The notes under the pieces were generated by a model that made no database searches, was not told the DNA's origin, and saw only the letters and a list, made by a program, of their open reading frames with translations. The position numbers and the translations under genes were made by a program. From contig JASANG010002430.1 of the NCBI GenBank assembly GCA_030248215.1, positions 248,001 through 312,000 on the forward strand: a stretch of DNA of 64,000 nt, written 5' to 3'. Shown here in pieces: positions 26,201 through 40,000 of this stretch. The DNA is from Enoplolaimus lenunculus (taxonomy: Eukaryota). The first letter of the stretch is position 1. Every line of letters begins with the position of its first letter.

Positions 26201-29200
26201 CGGCAACAATTCTTAAAAACGTCGCATGAACAAATTGGCAATCATTTTTTGGCTCCGTAAATCTAAACTACAATCAATTATTGAAAAGTTAACACATCGA
26301 AAAGAAATAGACAAATGATAAAGAATTTTTATACAACGTATCACAACAAGTAGGGCTAAAATTAAAATGCGGAAATTTCGATACCGATTGATTGTGCAAT
26401 CGGAATCGGAACTCGTTTTGAATCGAAATTCTAATCGAAATCAGAATTTCGATTGCACATTGGTAGCCACTAATTCAAGACGATTCCAAGTGCTAAACTA
26501 ACTACACAGATAGGCCATAATTTCGTTTACCCTAGCACTTATGACTCTCTCCAGTACTGCACACATTTTATATGTATTGTTGTAAAGTGTAAGCTTCGAC
26601 CTTACATAATGGTGTAAATTTTACATTTTCACCACACGAGACCGTACTAAGAAGATAATGATCTCAACAGATGCCCGATCTAATAATGTTGATTATAGCT
26701 GTTTTATAGAAAAAATGCATACGCCTTAGATTGAACATAATCGCAGTAAACGACTTATGTATCTACATAGGGCGTTTTATGATGTGGCGTATTTTAGTCT
26801 GAGAAATGGCCCCCATGTACATAAGGCCAAAGTTTCTACAGCAGGTTCGATGTATTTGAAAAAGCCCGCTGTTACACATGTGCGAATATTTTACCCTATT
26901 TGTCATATTTAAAAAACTGTTCCTTGTGGGTTTCTTTTTGTGACTTCTTAGCCGACCAAGTTAGTGCAGTGTACGCCGGCTAACTGCTAAAGGTCAGCTG
27001 TTGCGCTAATTTGCATATAGTTCAGCATTCTATATACCGTGTAACTATAACATAATCGCGTTTTTATAATCGCGTGCTATAATGTCCGTATTACAAAAGG
27101 GGGAATAGGTTGAGTAAAGATATAAGGCTACGTCTGATGGCTTTGTATTGCAACAATGACACATGATGAAGTTCGACAGGCGAATCTGAAGCCTGCCAAA
27201 CCGTTGCCACCGTGGGTCGAATTCTTTGGCACGAGCAATGTTTATAATGCAAACTTGACGGCTCTTCGTAAATTGTATTGCCTTGAACGTCAAAAATTGA
27301 TTGCATCAAAAGGTATATGAGAAACAGGGAAAATAATTGTACACAATTAGCATTATCAATGGGTATTACGAAAATCTATACGACACTTATGCGCCTTATC
27401 GAGTCTTTATCACTGGTTAACCTATATAGTTCAGTCCACGTGTATAGTTCAGAAATCAGTAAATGTTATCATTGATCGTCGTTAAAAGCCCGTATACAAG
27501 TCACAGTTTTTATACGTATGTTTCAGCACCTTGTTTGCGAGCTGCACTGGAGGCGACCATGTTGTACTGCATTACCAAAGAAATTTAGCCGAATGTTATT
27601 TCAACACTTAAATCAGTTTTGAAACCCACCGCCGAACCACACCTATCGTCAGACACTGCCATAGTGCCTACAACCGCCGATCAACAGCAACCGTCAGACA
27701 CTGCGACACTGCCTACAACCGCCGATTAACAGCAACCGTCAGACACTGCGACACTGCCTGCAACCGCCGATCAACAGCAACCGTCAGACACTGCGACACT
27801 GCCTACAACTGCCGATCAACACCAATCGTCATACACTGCGACACTGCATACAACCGCCGGTCAACACCAATCGTCCGACAATGCTGTAGTATCCACAACA
27901 GCCTAGGCAACTTTACCGCGAACAGCATATCCTCATAAACTTTTGCTTACAATTTCGGTACCTCGAAAACCCTTCGCGCTACCATCAGCATCGACGACAT
28001 GAGCGAGCGATCATTCGTGTCAGACCCGGACCCGGATTATAACAGCTGACGAGTCGTTTAATTCAATTGAGAGCGAGCGGAAATAAAGACTTGACAAGTC
28101 GGAATTGGATTTTAAATTGCACACTTATTCATACTTTATTATTTTTAGCGAATCGAAAGCGTGTGGTTGGAGACATGCATAGCGAAATTGTTGCTTTTTC
28201 CGTTCTGCTAGCAATTGTTTTCCGTAGATCCCCACAGGACGGGGCAGGTTTTGTTATCTCAGGCTCAGAGTGGTTTCATTCGCTACCGAGCGACCCTGAG
28301 TCTGAATTTGTTATCATTGTCAGGACAGGGGAGGGTTCCTTTTCTTTTCTTTTTGGATCCAGTGCTTTTCGGCCGACCAGTGCACATAAAAATTGCTTCA
28401 GCCGTAGAAATGGACGGTGCGGGTCCGGTCCCCCGTTTTCTTTTTCAATTTTTGACCAATTCCCCACTTTACCAAATTAATCTATCTTTGACAATTTTGA
28501 TGTTCGGTGGCGATAGTTTTGTGTTTGAGGCAAATCTGCGAGCCTAGGATGAGAAACCCATCCCGGACATAGATGAGCGGAGTATTAGGGTAACCAACCA
28601 TATACGAACAGAGATCTTCTATTATGTGCAATGGCCAGAACAACAACAATTTGTAAGTAATAATATTGATGTTATAAATGTTTCCCGTCGAACTGTCGAC
28701 CCCAAGCCAACCAGCAGCCATATGCAAATATTTTAACGGCTACGTTAGATATCGGTGAGAAATTTATCCGAAACTGTTTGAAAACGCGAAACGCAACCGG
28801 TGTTCCACATTATACCAAGGTATGCTCTCCTATAAGACACGCATTGACTCAACATCAAATTCAAGCAGTACAGGAGCATATTGACAGCTTCCGTCGTGTG
28901 CCAAGCCATTATTGCAGAAAGACCTGAAAACGTGGTTTACAAATAGAAAAAATATCGATGCGACACGTGTGTAACAGGGTGCAACCGGAATTCCGGTTCA
29001 GGCATCTTTTGACCTTCCGGTTTCGGTACATTTTTGCCAGAATTTAAAATTTCGGTATTAAAATTTGGTCGGTTGAGAAACAAACTTGGCTCTACCCAAA
29101 CACCCGTCAAAAACTAACCAGCTTCACCGTCGCTCCAATGGCATTCACGCAGCAAGTTCATCGCAACACTAGCTCCATGAAGATCAATCACATACGCTAC

Positions 29201-32200
29201 GTTAAGAATACGCTGAAGACTTTTTGCATCGCCAGCCTGGTCAGGATCAAATTCAACTGCGCTTACTTGAGCCGCCAATTTCTCAGCCAAACGTTCCAAC
29301 ATAGCTTTCATCCAAGCACCACCACTCGACTCATTATCGTAGCCACCTTTTGAGCACGAGATTCCTGTGTGACCCTCGGCCATTTCGTGCCCAGCAGAAC
29401 ATAACTGAGAATTTCTTTGACACAAACTCAAAATGAAGTCCAGGCCCAAAACATTGCACATACTATCATCACTGGGACCGCCACCATTCCCTAAAGCTCG
29501 TTCAAACATCTGTTCAACCAAGGTATTCGTCCAACCAGTTCGTAAACAGCTATACAAATACCGTTTTAAATGTTCAAATTCCGCTCCATCACAACCATTA
29601 TCAACTGCTCCAGTCAAAATTCCACAAAAATAAACACAACTAATTAGAAAATCTAGTTGTTTTTCAAATCCCTGGCCTTGCTCTTCTGTCAAGCCTCCGT
29701 ATATTCCATTAAGGCTGTTGGTCTCCGCATCTGCGTCAAGTAAGCCTTCAATACTTGTCATCATAAGCATAAGTCCAACCCTGGACTGACCCTTCGTGTC
29801 CAACCTACTACGTCCGCTATCCTCGAGCGCCGCTAAAAGCAACTCATAATCGACAACAGGATACTTTCTAGCTCTAATGAATTTCCCCAAACCGCACCCA
29901 AAACAATTCTTGTCGTCCAAGAAATCTTTCATCAACTCCCACCATTCCTGCTTTGAAGGTAAATACGCTTCTACAAAATATGACCACAACTTTCCACTTT
30001 TGACAGCGGGAGTTTCTTCCGATTTAACTTCATTTGTAAAATCAGACAAAATTGTTCGAATTTGAGCAAAAATTTCAGTCATCTGTCGCGATATTTGTGG
30101 ACTTGGCGCAACCTCCGAATTCAAAGCTTGTAGCATCGCCCGTTTGCATGCATCTCCAATTTCACTAACCAAGCCAACACAAACGTCGTCGTTGTTAACT
30201 AATGTTTTGCAAAATACGTTCACCAGCATAGACCCCCTTGCATTCCTAGCTCGGTCTCTCACGCGGTCCCATTGTTGCTCACCACGTTTACCAGCTGACA
30301 AAATGCTAATTTCACAAAGTGCCACAGCGACACGGCTTAAAATTTTCAAATCTGCACCACAATCGTGAGCCGACAAAACCGGTTCCCACGGCTTATAAGA
30401 AATTTCCGCAACGCCTACAAACAAATACACCAAATCTACGCGCAGATTGTAATCAGCCGCTATGATATTAGCATCTCTTCCCAGACTCCTTAACACGCTA
30501 CTAACCAAATCTCTCCAGAAATCACGAGCCTTTGTTGAACTTTTAGGAGTTGGCAGGGACAGCAAGGCATTAACTGATTCCAAAAATAGATCTGCTTCAA
30601 CTGTACGCCTCCAGTTGTTATTCGATCTATCTACCCGATCCGAATTTAAAATCACCTTCAAAATTTCATTCCCAACCCGATGACAAAACTCTTCCACTCG
30701 TTCGCTTTCATAGCAGTTCTCGACGGTAAATGCCCTCAACACGGCAAACTTACCCTCCAAATCTTCGCTCCGTTGAGTCGCGATAAGACTTTCCAACTCC
30801 TCCAAACTAGCCTTGACATCGTTCTCCCCCGATCTACAGTGTCCTTGCTCCTCATCCTGCGTCGCATTTGATCCTCGCGACATTTTAATTGAAAACCACA
30901 ACCTCACAAAAGCTTCCAATACCCTAAGCATAGCTCTGTACTCAGTTTCACATTTCGGGTTAACCGACAGAAAACCTGGCCCATCAGCTTTATCAATCCG
31001 CTGCTGCAATGCAACCCTACACAAGCTCTCACAAACATTTTTCTTTTCCTGACCAATAACCTCTCCCAAAATTTCCGGGAAGTCTGTTACAAGCCCAGTC
31101 AAAATCCTGAAACACGTCAGTTTTTTCTCACCAAAATCCGTCCAGTTTATGTTTTTATTCCCCATAGGAACTAAAGTTGCCTCCACACATTTTGTCGCTA
31201 CAACATCCACCAATGGTTCCACTTTAGACCGAGTCCCAAAACTACTCAAAATGTCAGGGTCCAAATCACCAGACCTGCCTCGCGTATAAAGATTTGAAGC
31301 ATCCCGTTTTGCTGCTCCTAAAGATCTGATAAAATCTTCAACTAAATTTCGACTGGAAACGTTTGTGCGTTCAAGTTCGGCGGAGCAAATTTCACCTATT
31401 CGAGTTATAAGGTCAGGATACTGAACAGCGTATTTTGTTTGATTCGAAAGCGATAAAATTAGCGATGCCAACGGTTGAAATAACGCACTGCTATTGGATT
31501 GTGTTTGCACAAGTAACGTGGATAAAATTGAACAAATCTAAAACCAAGAACACTTTATTTATTTATTTAAACCATCCCGGAGTTGTATCTCTTAACTTAC
31601 ATTAAAAATTAAACTTTTAATTAAAAATATTTAATTTATTCCAACAGATATTTTAATACGTGGTGCAAGTTCACATGTATGCGTGCGAAACCGTGTGCAT
31701 CTGAAGATAGGTTAACCGTAAACTGCGATTTCAATTATAATTCTTTTCACTCTTCTACGACCGCGCTGTGCGGTTCACTGTTTGCCTACATCAGATTCTA
31801 TGGAGAGGAAATCCCGATTTCCGTCCAGAAGAAGCGCGATGAAATGATCTGCGCATCAAAGAAGAAACGGATGACGAAATAAGAACTCGATGACTGATTA
31901 TACGTACGATGATACGCCGGCAATGTTGTATATATGTGTATAATTATTGTAGTTTATTACTCTGTAGACAAGAAACAGAGAAACTATTGTGCTGTTTTAT
32001 GCGGCGTAGCAAGCCCAATTGTTGCGATATGAATTTTTCTTATATCTACCGTTGGAAAATTAATTTTTTACTATATCTCGAAAGAGTATAATTTCATATA
32101 CCATTTTTTGATTCTCACACCTACCAATTTATATATACTCAGAAATAAACAAAAATAAACGCCACAAAACTTACATTTTCGACTATATCCCATCTGTTAC

Positions 32201-35200
32201 CCGTTGTGTTCCTTTCTTCATCACCGAAAGCAGTATAATTACGACAAACATATATCAGACAGCAATCCGCAAACGCTTGTAATACCGCGACAGCTGCTTT
32301 TGCATTAACTGGCGTAGACTGTAGTACAAATTGGCATCTAGAAAAGCAAAAATCCATTAAGAACGAAAATGACAGATTTAACTTTCAGTGGTTCATAAAT
32401 AGATTTTCCAGTACGGACCAAAACGCACGCGCATATTCTAGCGAACGACCTAAATAAGCGAAACACATATATACGTAAGATTAGCCATTTCATGACGTGG
32501 CTTATCAATACAGTACGTACCAATTTAATATTCTTAGCATGCATTTACTAGTTAAGAAGTGCTCTACAGATTCTTCTTCCATTCCACAACAATCACAAAT
32601 ACTCGAATTAGAGAGTCTTATTTTATACATATGCTTATTTAGTTGACAGTGTCCAGTAACTATTTATGTTAGTAATCTAACTCTATTCCTATTAGATCAC
32701 ACGATGAAGCTAGTTTGTTTTGGTTCCAGTTTACTAAAGAATTATTTCGACAAGTATTTAGCCCTAGCCATCTCTGGTTAGTGTGTGAAATACACCAATT
32801 TTGGATCATATTTTTGATCTGTCTTTGTGGAACACCTATAACAGGTTCTGTTCCTATAAACCTCATTAGCTACGACTTTCAACTTGTGTATGTACTTGCT
32901 AAGCAGGTACTTAACAAACGTCATCGTCTCTAAACCAATACTAAAGTTATGTATATACCTAAATCATCAACTAGATTTGATGTATTACAGACCACCAGTT
33001 CTGTAACTTTGACTTATTGAAGTTATAGACATGTAGTACATCCGCAGTATACAGAAAAATTATGGCTTTCCACTTCTGAAACTTCTTAAAAATAACATTT
33101 ATTTTACTTTTGCTCAAAAAGTTCAGCAGTTAGCTGTGAATAACTGCATAACTAATACTGCCTCGTAGGGCGCATATATTACAACTTCCCAAAAAACTAA
33201 GTAACTTGAAATTTTTCGCTGAATAAGATGAAACTGCTATAGGACACTACACTTGCATGGATAGTAGTGAGACATTTTACTTACCCGCATAGTAAACTAT
33301 CCATACACTTTGCATCACCACCGTTTCTCGCACAATCTTCAGGGAAACTTTTTAATACTACAGCAATACAAGGACTGATTATCGAAGATACTACCCCTCC
33401 ACCAAAACCGTTGGACATCGTTTGCGTCAACGCCGGCAAAAACGCTTTTTCAAAATTAATGTTTGGCCAAAATTTCTGAAACCAATATTCAAAATGTATA
33501 GCGTAGGCTGGCTGACTAAGCAAAACGAACCACCTGACTATCTTCACAGTCACAGCCAGGTTAATTAACAATAATTGGAAAACTTCCTAGCAATTACACT
33601 CATGGTTTAAATAAACTACAGCACTTATCACAAAATGCTCTAAAGGACAATTTACGTTTAACAATCGCCTTGTGTAAACTATGTTTTTCACAAACATGGT
33701 AGCTGCAATAGCAGACTTTTTGGCAACAGTTCCCATGTCTTAAATCCAAGCATTAACCAATGATATTTAATTCCCATTTCAGCTAAACAACTACATTTAT
33801 ATTACTTCATAAATACATATGCATACTTATTTTATACCTTAATATGTTTTCTCATCAAACTATTGTACTGGCAAATTATATACCATTTACATCCGCTAGA
33901 TTTTGGTTATTTATCGAAAAAAAAACTAAAAATAATCATCCCTGGTTGAAAAACCAATCGTTACCTCGATTGCGATAAGCCGGACCAACAAACTCCAACC
34001 AGCTCTGGCTAAACCAGGGTGGTTTTCAGTTAGCCCAGCAACAACACTCGCAGCAAAAAAATTTTCTCTTGTTCCTGCGATAATATCCGGAGCTCGATTG
34101 CTAATACTGCATAGCAATTCGTACGCCGCAGTTCGAACCTAAAGGAAAACAAATAGTGAAGTGTGTCGCCAAAAACTGTTGTTTAAATATATTTTTATAA
34201 CTATCCGTTAACCAGCAGACCAATAAGATCGCAATAATTCATGATTTGACCTGCAGTGAAAAACAGCAAAGATCACCACCCTACGCTTACCGCGCACACG
34301 TTATACATTAAACATGTTTAAAACATTTTGCTAACGCTTAAAAGGGCACTCTACGAAAAAGCGAAACATAAAAAAATTCGTGAAACTCAACAAAATAATG
34401 TAACCTCGCTTTTCAGACGTAATTACAAAGCTTTATTTCAACCAATAATAATTATACTCCATGACTAGGGCAGGCATTCTCAAACGCATCTAGCACCGAC
34501 TGCCAACGTGTAAAAGTCCTCAAACAAGCAAATTGGTGAACGATATAGCTCTAAATATCCTACTACAAGTCCAAAAATTGTATTAAATGCAAAGGTTGGC
34601 ATTCATTGCAGGGTGCAACCGGAATTACAATTTACCGGAACCGGAACCGGAATTTGAAAATTTTACCGGAACCGGAAAGTGAAAAATGCATTTCACCAAA
34701 AATTTCGTTTTAATCTTATTTTTTGCTCTATTATTTGTGAAATAACCTTAGTCGAACATAGATATTTATTTTATTTGTTGTATTTTAGATTTTCGTCGTC
34801 GACTGAAGTGAAATCCACCATCAATGGCTTATATTCGGAATACAAGTGGCTTTCTAAAGAGATTCTTAAAGATTAGCAAAGTTAAAAAACGGCCAAATTA
34901 TAACACCGGAATTTTTAAATCCGGTAAAAATTTACCGGAACCGGAACCGGAGGGTGAAAAAATGCCGGAACCGGAATTCCGGTTGCACCCTGATTCATTG
35001 GTTCAAAAATTACAACGCCTAAAACCAGCTGCTGATAGGCGTTACAGGCATAATAGAATACGGGCCTAAGCTAAAGGCTGTCATGTTCACATACCAAAAC
35101 AATTTCACTTCCAGCATTAATATAAACTTTCCAAAACTTATTGTTGTCCAAAATGTTTGTCCCTAATTCTCGACTGAATGATTTTATCATATTTTCAGGA

Positions 35201-38200
35201 CAATTTTCAACCACATCAATTAGCGTTTTGAGGGCACACGATGTCAAACGTATACGACGCTCTCTTTCTTGGTGTCTACTATTTTCATTCTCGGCTTTGC
35301 TTGATCTAAAAGAGTCGTTTATTTGCAAAATATACATATACTACAACAGAGAGTACCAATTGCACGTGTATTAAATACTAAAATCTAATGCCTAAGGCTT
35401 TGCATAATCCTCAGATTACACACCTAATTCTCAACTGTGCGTACCACTTACTTACTGCCAATTATTAATAGGTTCTAAAGAGCGAATTGCGAAGCTGCGG
35501 TTTAATACTTTCGCCTCGTAGCATGATAAATGACTTAAAAATGACTTAAAACGTATTTTAACCAAAAATGAACGTACTTTTTTCCATCATCTAAGCTTTT
35601 CCCATGTTTGAACAAAATATTACAACACACCTGAAATACGACAAAAGCCTCAACGCTATATATTATACTGGCTTCTCCACAGCGGGGGGCGGGGGCCCCC
35701 CAGCACTTTTCGAAATTTTCACTTTCCCCCGGCGAAAATTTTGCCGCCCCCAGGAAAGGCCCCCCGGCGAATTTTCGGCCGCCCCCCAGCAAATTTTTTT
35801 GCTGGGGGGCACCCCAGACACTATTCTAGGTCAAAAATTTTCAATGTTAAAACGTAAAAACCTGGACTTCTTTTGAGGCGGACATTCGGCAAAATGATTT
35901 TATATTACGCTGAGTACTCTAAATTTTTAATAGCGTTACAAATACCCGCAGTAACTAATACAATTCAATAATGAACAGAAAAAAGCACAATTATATAAAG
36001 ACCGTTTCAGGGCATAAAGCATTCGAAAGTACCTTTCAGCAGCAAGTTCAACCCGCCTGAGCCTTATGATAAACTGAAGCTGTGACTAATATACAAAATA
36101 TATATTAATCACACTTTCAATTATAGATTATCTATATTTTATATAATTGTGCTTCTTTCAACTTCTGGTTAAATTGTCAGTATATACGTAATATTAGTTA
36201 AAATTATTATTAGCGTTTGCGAGAAATTTTTGTCATGTTGAGCGATGAGTAATCTTAAGTTGAGTTGGAAACACGGTCTAGAATGAAAAAAATGGTCCAA
36301 AAAGTCGGTTTGCAAAATTTTAAGCCTGCCGCCCAGGACCCCCCAGATCATATGGGGCCCCCAGGAAAACTGCCCCCCAGCAAAATCAGCTGCCCCCCAG
36401 GAAACTCCTGGCGGAAATTTTCAAGCTGTGGAGAAGCCAGTTATATATACATATATATTATATGTCAAGTATAATGAGCGTATTTATTTAACAGGCTTTC
36501 TAAAAAAATCATAACAAACATAGATATGTTGCTCCAGTTTTTCAAGCTCAGCGGGCCTAACATGACAGCAGTTAATCCAGCGCTATATTTGTCGCGCGAA
36601 GCCGCACAAACTTGCGGTGCGGTACTTATTACCAACGGCAACGGACGGTTCCGGACGTCATCAAAAGTACAGCGCCACTGAAACTGACAAATAAAAAATG
36701 TTACATATACCAATTATTTAGAACACCGTGCATATATACCTCTAGAATTTCACCCGAACAAAATCCGTATGCTTTGGCTCGTTTGACTTCAGAAAAAGAA
36801 CTTTCAAAGCCGTTCTTTGCAGCAGCAGAAACGAGAGGATACGAGTCATGCTGGCACATAAGCCATAATGGAATTAGTTGCTTGAGCAGCGGTGATATTT
36901 GTTTTTGTAAACGATCTACTAGCACTTGTAAACAACTGAGTGCCGCCTCGCGGACTTTGTAATTATCATCCTAAAGTAAGCGAAATTTCTGCTCAGATTT
37001 GCAAACAGATCAAGTACAGCCTGGTAAATTATTTCAACTGTTCGCGTAGTTTTTGAAAAAAATCCACAATTCAACTTTCAATGCTTAACCAGTGGTTTAA
37101 GCTCTATTCAGACGTGCAAGTTTTTGCAGCGACAACTTGCAACAACCACTTGCAGCTGTAACTTTTGCTAGAAAAAACTTATTACTAATTTTTAATGAAA
37201 CTTGCACATGTGAAAGGGGCTAAAGCATAAAATACACAGTGAACATTTGAAACCTAAAGCATAGATACTCAACAAAAACAAGCAATACATAAAAGTTTAT
37301 TACCATGGCTACTCGATTAAAAATCCGTGGCCAGCACTGTGCTGCAATTAACAATTCGGCCTCGCTTTTACTACGGAACAATTCTTCCAAATTATTTAGG
37401 GCCTGTAAACAAAATCGTGCACCAAAAACAATATTAAGCATGTCAAACTTAAACAAGTTCGGTTTAGACAAGCTTACTTGATAAATAGTCATAGAAGTAG
37501 ATCGCTATACATACTTGTAAAATGTTGCCACATATGCAAATACAGTGAATGCAGGTCAGGTGTGTAATAAAGACTTTTATACCAGTTAGCCTCTGCTCTA
37601 CACAAAAAATAGATTGTATATATGCCTACCGATCATTTCAATGTGGCCATCAAACATCATGTACTAAAAAAAATAATATTCTCTGAGAACTTGCTTACTT
37701 TTAATTTTGTCACACTGTCAAGTTTAAACGATTGCCGAAACGCAATTCGAATGTCGGAGTCTAATTCAACAGAAGATTCAAATTCTTCATCGTTGGTGGA
37801 GCTATTCGGAAATAATCCAAGTGTTTTCGAAGTCGCTGACGGCCCACAAATGTTAAAGGCGTCGAAACCCGTAAAACCAACTGTAGTTGCATTTTGGTAT
37901 TCTCCTGATTGCATCAAAAGTGCTGCCGCTTTAGCACTGCTAGCCGGCTAAAACAGAATTGCATGAATTATATTAATTGACTCCAGCAACGTCACTTAAT
38001 GTATAACTGACACATAGTTACGTGTCGGTAATAAATTGATCAATCCATCAATCAATGCTGCAACATTTATATATTGGAGGGAGATACGAAAAACGCAACA
38101 GGCAAATTTTACCGAAAAAAAATATACAGCGCTAAATTAATCATTTTGTTTGTGTGACATTTATGCACAAATATACTGAAGATTCAAACGGTTTTGGTGT

Positions 38201-39125
38201 AGACTAGTGCAACATTTATAATTTCTTGATTAGACTGTCGACATGACAAATGCTGTAACAAAAAACTAACATTTTCTTTTCAAATTAGTTCAGCTAGTAT
38301 GCAAATTATTTATTAGCTAACTATTCAGTTATCGTGTATGGAGGTTTGTAAACAATTTATTCAGACTCCTCGCACCCGAAAACCCTTCAGTAACCCTAAT
38401 AATTAGTGAAATGTTTCAAAAAGTCCTAATTTATGCTTACCAATTATACTAGGGCCTCACACATGCGTGAACCGAAATAGATTTTAGACTTGGTTTATCT
38501 GTCAATAATGAGCTCGCGTTATAAAACTCAGTTTGAATATATTTAGTTAGTCGTAAAATCTGCTAAAACTAAGAATCATCGGATCAGAATTCGAAGAAAT
38601 TGTTTCGGTGGGGACCAAACCCCATTATAACTTTGAATTAAAAAGCACGGTTTGACAGTGGTCTGGCCAACTGCTTATAAAATGTTGTTCAGACCACTCT
38701 TGATGAGAATATTATGTTAGTTTTAGCTTACGAATGAGAAATAAGCTCTCTATACACTAATTTATTATTTGTTGATAGAGCCATAAAAATGTCTAGTATT
38801 GTTACATCGGCTTTACAAGATTGTGAATCAATTAGAAAGTGGGTGGTCAAGCAGCGCCAGTTATACCTAACATATGTAAAACTATCTCCTACACACTACT
38901 TGCGGACATAGTCATCTAGTTTTGTTGTATCAAATAACAATAGAAAAATTTCAATTCCTGATTCTCTTTCGGTAGCTAGCCTGAGCCGGATATTGAAGTA
39001 TATACACAGAAAATTGAAACCACCCAAGATTATGTATATACCAGTGTCTTCGAAATATTTCAGTAAAAATCCAAAATACACTTTACCTTAACATTGCCTT
39101 TTGTACGTTGTTTGCCTTTCGACAT
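17288..39125 (-). CDS. LTN1: E3 ubiquitin-protein ligase listerin (ribosome quality control), 22 exons, 1926 aa
   Basis: Exons (minus strand): 39125-39087, 37947-37699, 37402-37304, 36970-36740, 35340-35095, 34138-33965, 33475-33285, 32337-32175, 31537-29119, 24970-24781, 24369-24228, 23742-23523, 23153-23021, 22845-22747, 22372-22256, 21853-21664, 19994-19763, 19622-19490, 19373-19283, 18874-18680, 18075-17908, 17347-17288; total 5781 nt, phase-consistent. N-terminus [24 protein letters not shown] and [14 protein letters not shown]-like region [28 protein letters not shown]-terminal [60 protein letters not shown]. Confidence 0.96.
18468..18670. repeat. (AAAC)n microsatellite in LTN1 intron 20
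   Basis: Long imperfect run of AAAC/AAAT units; explains the spurious KQTN and FVCL ORFs. Confidence 0.95.
23850..24044. repeat. 99-bp tandem direct duplication in LTN1 intron 11
   Basis: GAAACCGCTT(C/T)AAAAACCATTGCGATTTTG(G/A)AGAATCCGATTACAAACTCTTGTTGC.. occurs at 23850 and again at 23949; a CAGGGTGGCA hAT-like terminus lies just upstream (about 23815). Confidence 0.9.
27156..28927 (+). pseudogene. Decayed, intron-containing transposase-like gene fragment (Sola1-like motifs), antisense within LTN1 intron 9
   Basis: Coding-like segment 27156-27312 ([30 protein letters not shown]) splices in phase (G|gt..tttcag|CA) to 27527 onward, which runs through the 45-bp repeat with in-frame stops. Segment 28739-28927 reads [37 protein letters not shown], resembling the TLxI and HIxSFPxxxSHYCR motifs I recall from Sola1-type transposases. 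Confidence 0.55.
27647..27900 (+). repeat. 45-bp minisatellite, about 5.5 copies
   Basis: Unit CGTCAGACACTGCGACACTGCCTACAACCGCCGATCAACAGCAAC at 27647, 27692, 27737, 27782, 27827 and a degenerate copy at 27872. Confidence 0.92.
32540..32870 (-). mobile_element. 3' fragment of a non-LTR retrotransposon ORF2 (R1/LOA/I-type C-terminal zinc knuckle) in LTN1 intron 7
   Basis: Minus-strand translation [31 protein letters not shown], then after a frameshift [47 protein letters not shown]. This is the TGH..LNxH..CxxC..EESxEHxLxxC pattern found after RNase H in these elements. Confidence 0.78.
34609..34992. mobile_element. Intact hAT-type MITE (384 bp) in LTN1 intron 5
   Basis: Perfect 18-bp TIRs CAGGGTGCAACCGGAATT / AATTCCGGTTGCACCCTG; perfect 8-bp TSD ATTCATTG (34601-34608 and 34993-35000); subterminal ACCGGA repeats. 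Confidence 0.95.
35667..36441. mobile_element. Non-autonomous DNA element (775 bp) in LTN1 intron 4
   Basis: Perfect 17-bp TIRs ACTGGCTTCTCCACAGC / GCTGTGGAGAAGCCAGT; GC-rich subterminal GCCCCCCAG repeats at both ends; inserted in a TA-rich tract, so the TSD cannot be resolved. Confidence 0.85.
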
Positions 39126-39469
39126 TAGTCCATATGTAAACAAAATATAATTATGACATCAAACAGAGCCAGACAGGCCTGAATATATTTTGTAGCCTAT
39201 CTACTACTGTTGGTTAACGTACTCTAGAAATACGTCTGGCTTCAAACTACAAACAAAAGCAAACACAAATAAACAAACAAACATTTATTGTATATGCACA
39301 TATATAATTATAATTATCCACACAGAAATAAAAGACTGTTTATAGAAATCAATTATTTCAGTATAATAACTTCATTTAGTTCTTGGTAACATAGTGCTGT
39401 TAACCCATGGGCACATGTAAACCGCTACGGGTTTCCAAATGTCCGCCTTTTCATAAAACTATACAAAAC

Positions 39470-40000
39470 TAGATCATTTTCATTCAAAACTTTTCTAAAA
39501 GCAGAGTGTGAAGACTCATTTACAATGTCAGATGGTAGAGTTCCAAATTTTTATAATTCGGTAATAGAAAGAATTTTGCACCTTATTATTATGTGCTAGT
39601 GATGGATAGTTTTTTTATTATGTCCTCTGGTTATAATGTCCACTTTCATTTATTTAACAGTGGAACACAATATAGTTAAACTAATACATAAGATCTCCCT
39701 ACATTACACACGCGAAGCATATTTAGTAGTAATGCGTTCCTTAATTGCTTTTCCTCAAATAAACTTCTTACATGTTGCACAACATTGAATGCAAGAGTGG
39801 TCCTAGCCAGGTATTTAACTTCTTATGTACTCGAATTTGAGAACGTTTCGAAAGTTGTACAAAATACTTTCAATAAAAAGTGTCAATCACTTATTGTACA
39901 CACATTGTTTACAAAGCAAATTTTACCTTTGGCGAACATATTGGAAGTAGAGCGAGTACATTTAAAACCAACAGTAAGATTCAATCAGGAAGTCTCAACA
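39470..40000 (-). mobile_element. Degenerate 3' end of a CR1-type LINE ORF2, upstream of LTN1
   Basis: Minus-strand frameshifted translation ITRGHNKKL..NSFYYRIIKIWNS/LPSDIVNESSHSAFRKVL matches the CR1 C-terminal pattern TRGHxxKL..FFxxRVVxxWNxLPxxVVxAxSxxxFK. Confidence 0.6.

Noticed and set aside
29114..31510. Independent 798-aa orphan gene
   Set aside because: It has an in-phase acceptor (31537) and donor (29119) and fills the gap between LTN1 N- and C-terminal exons.
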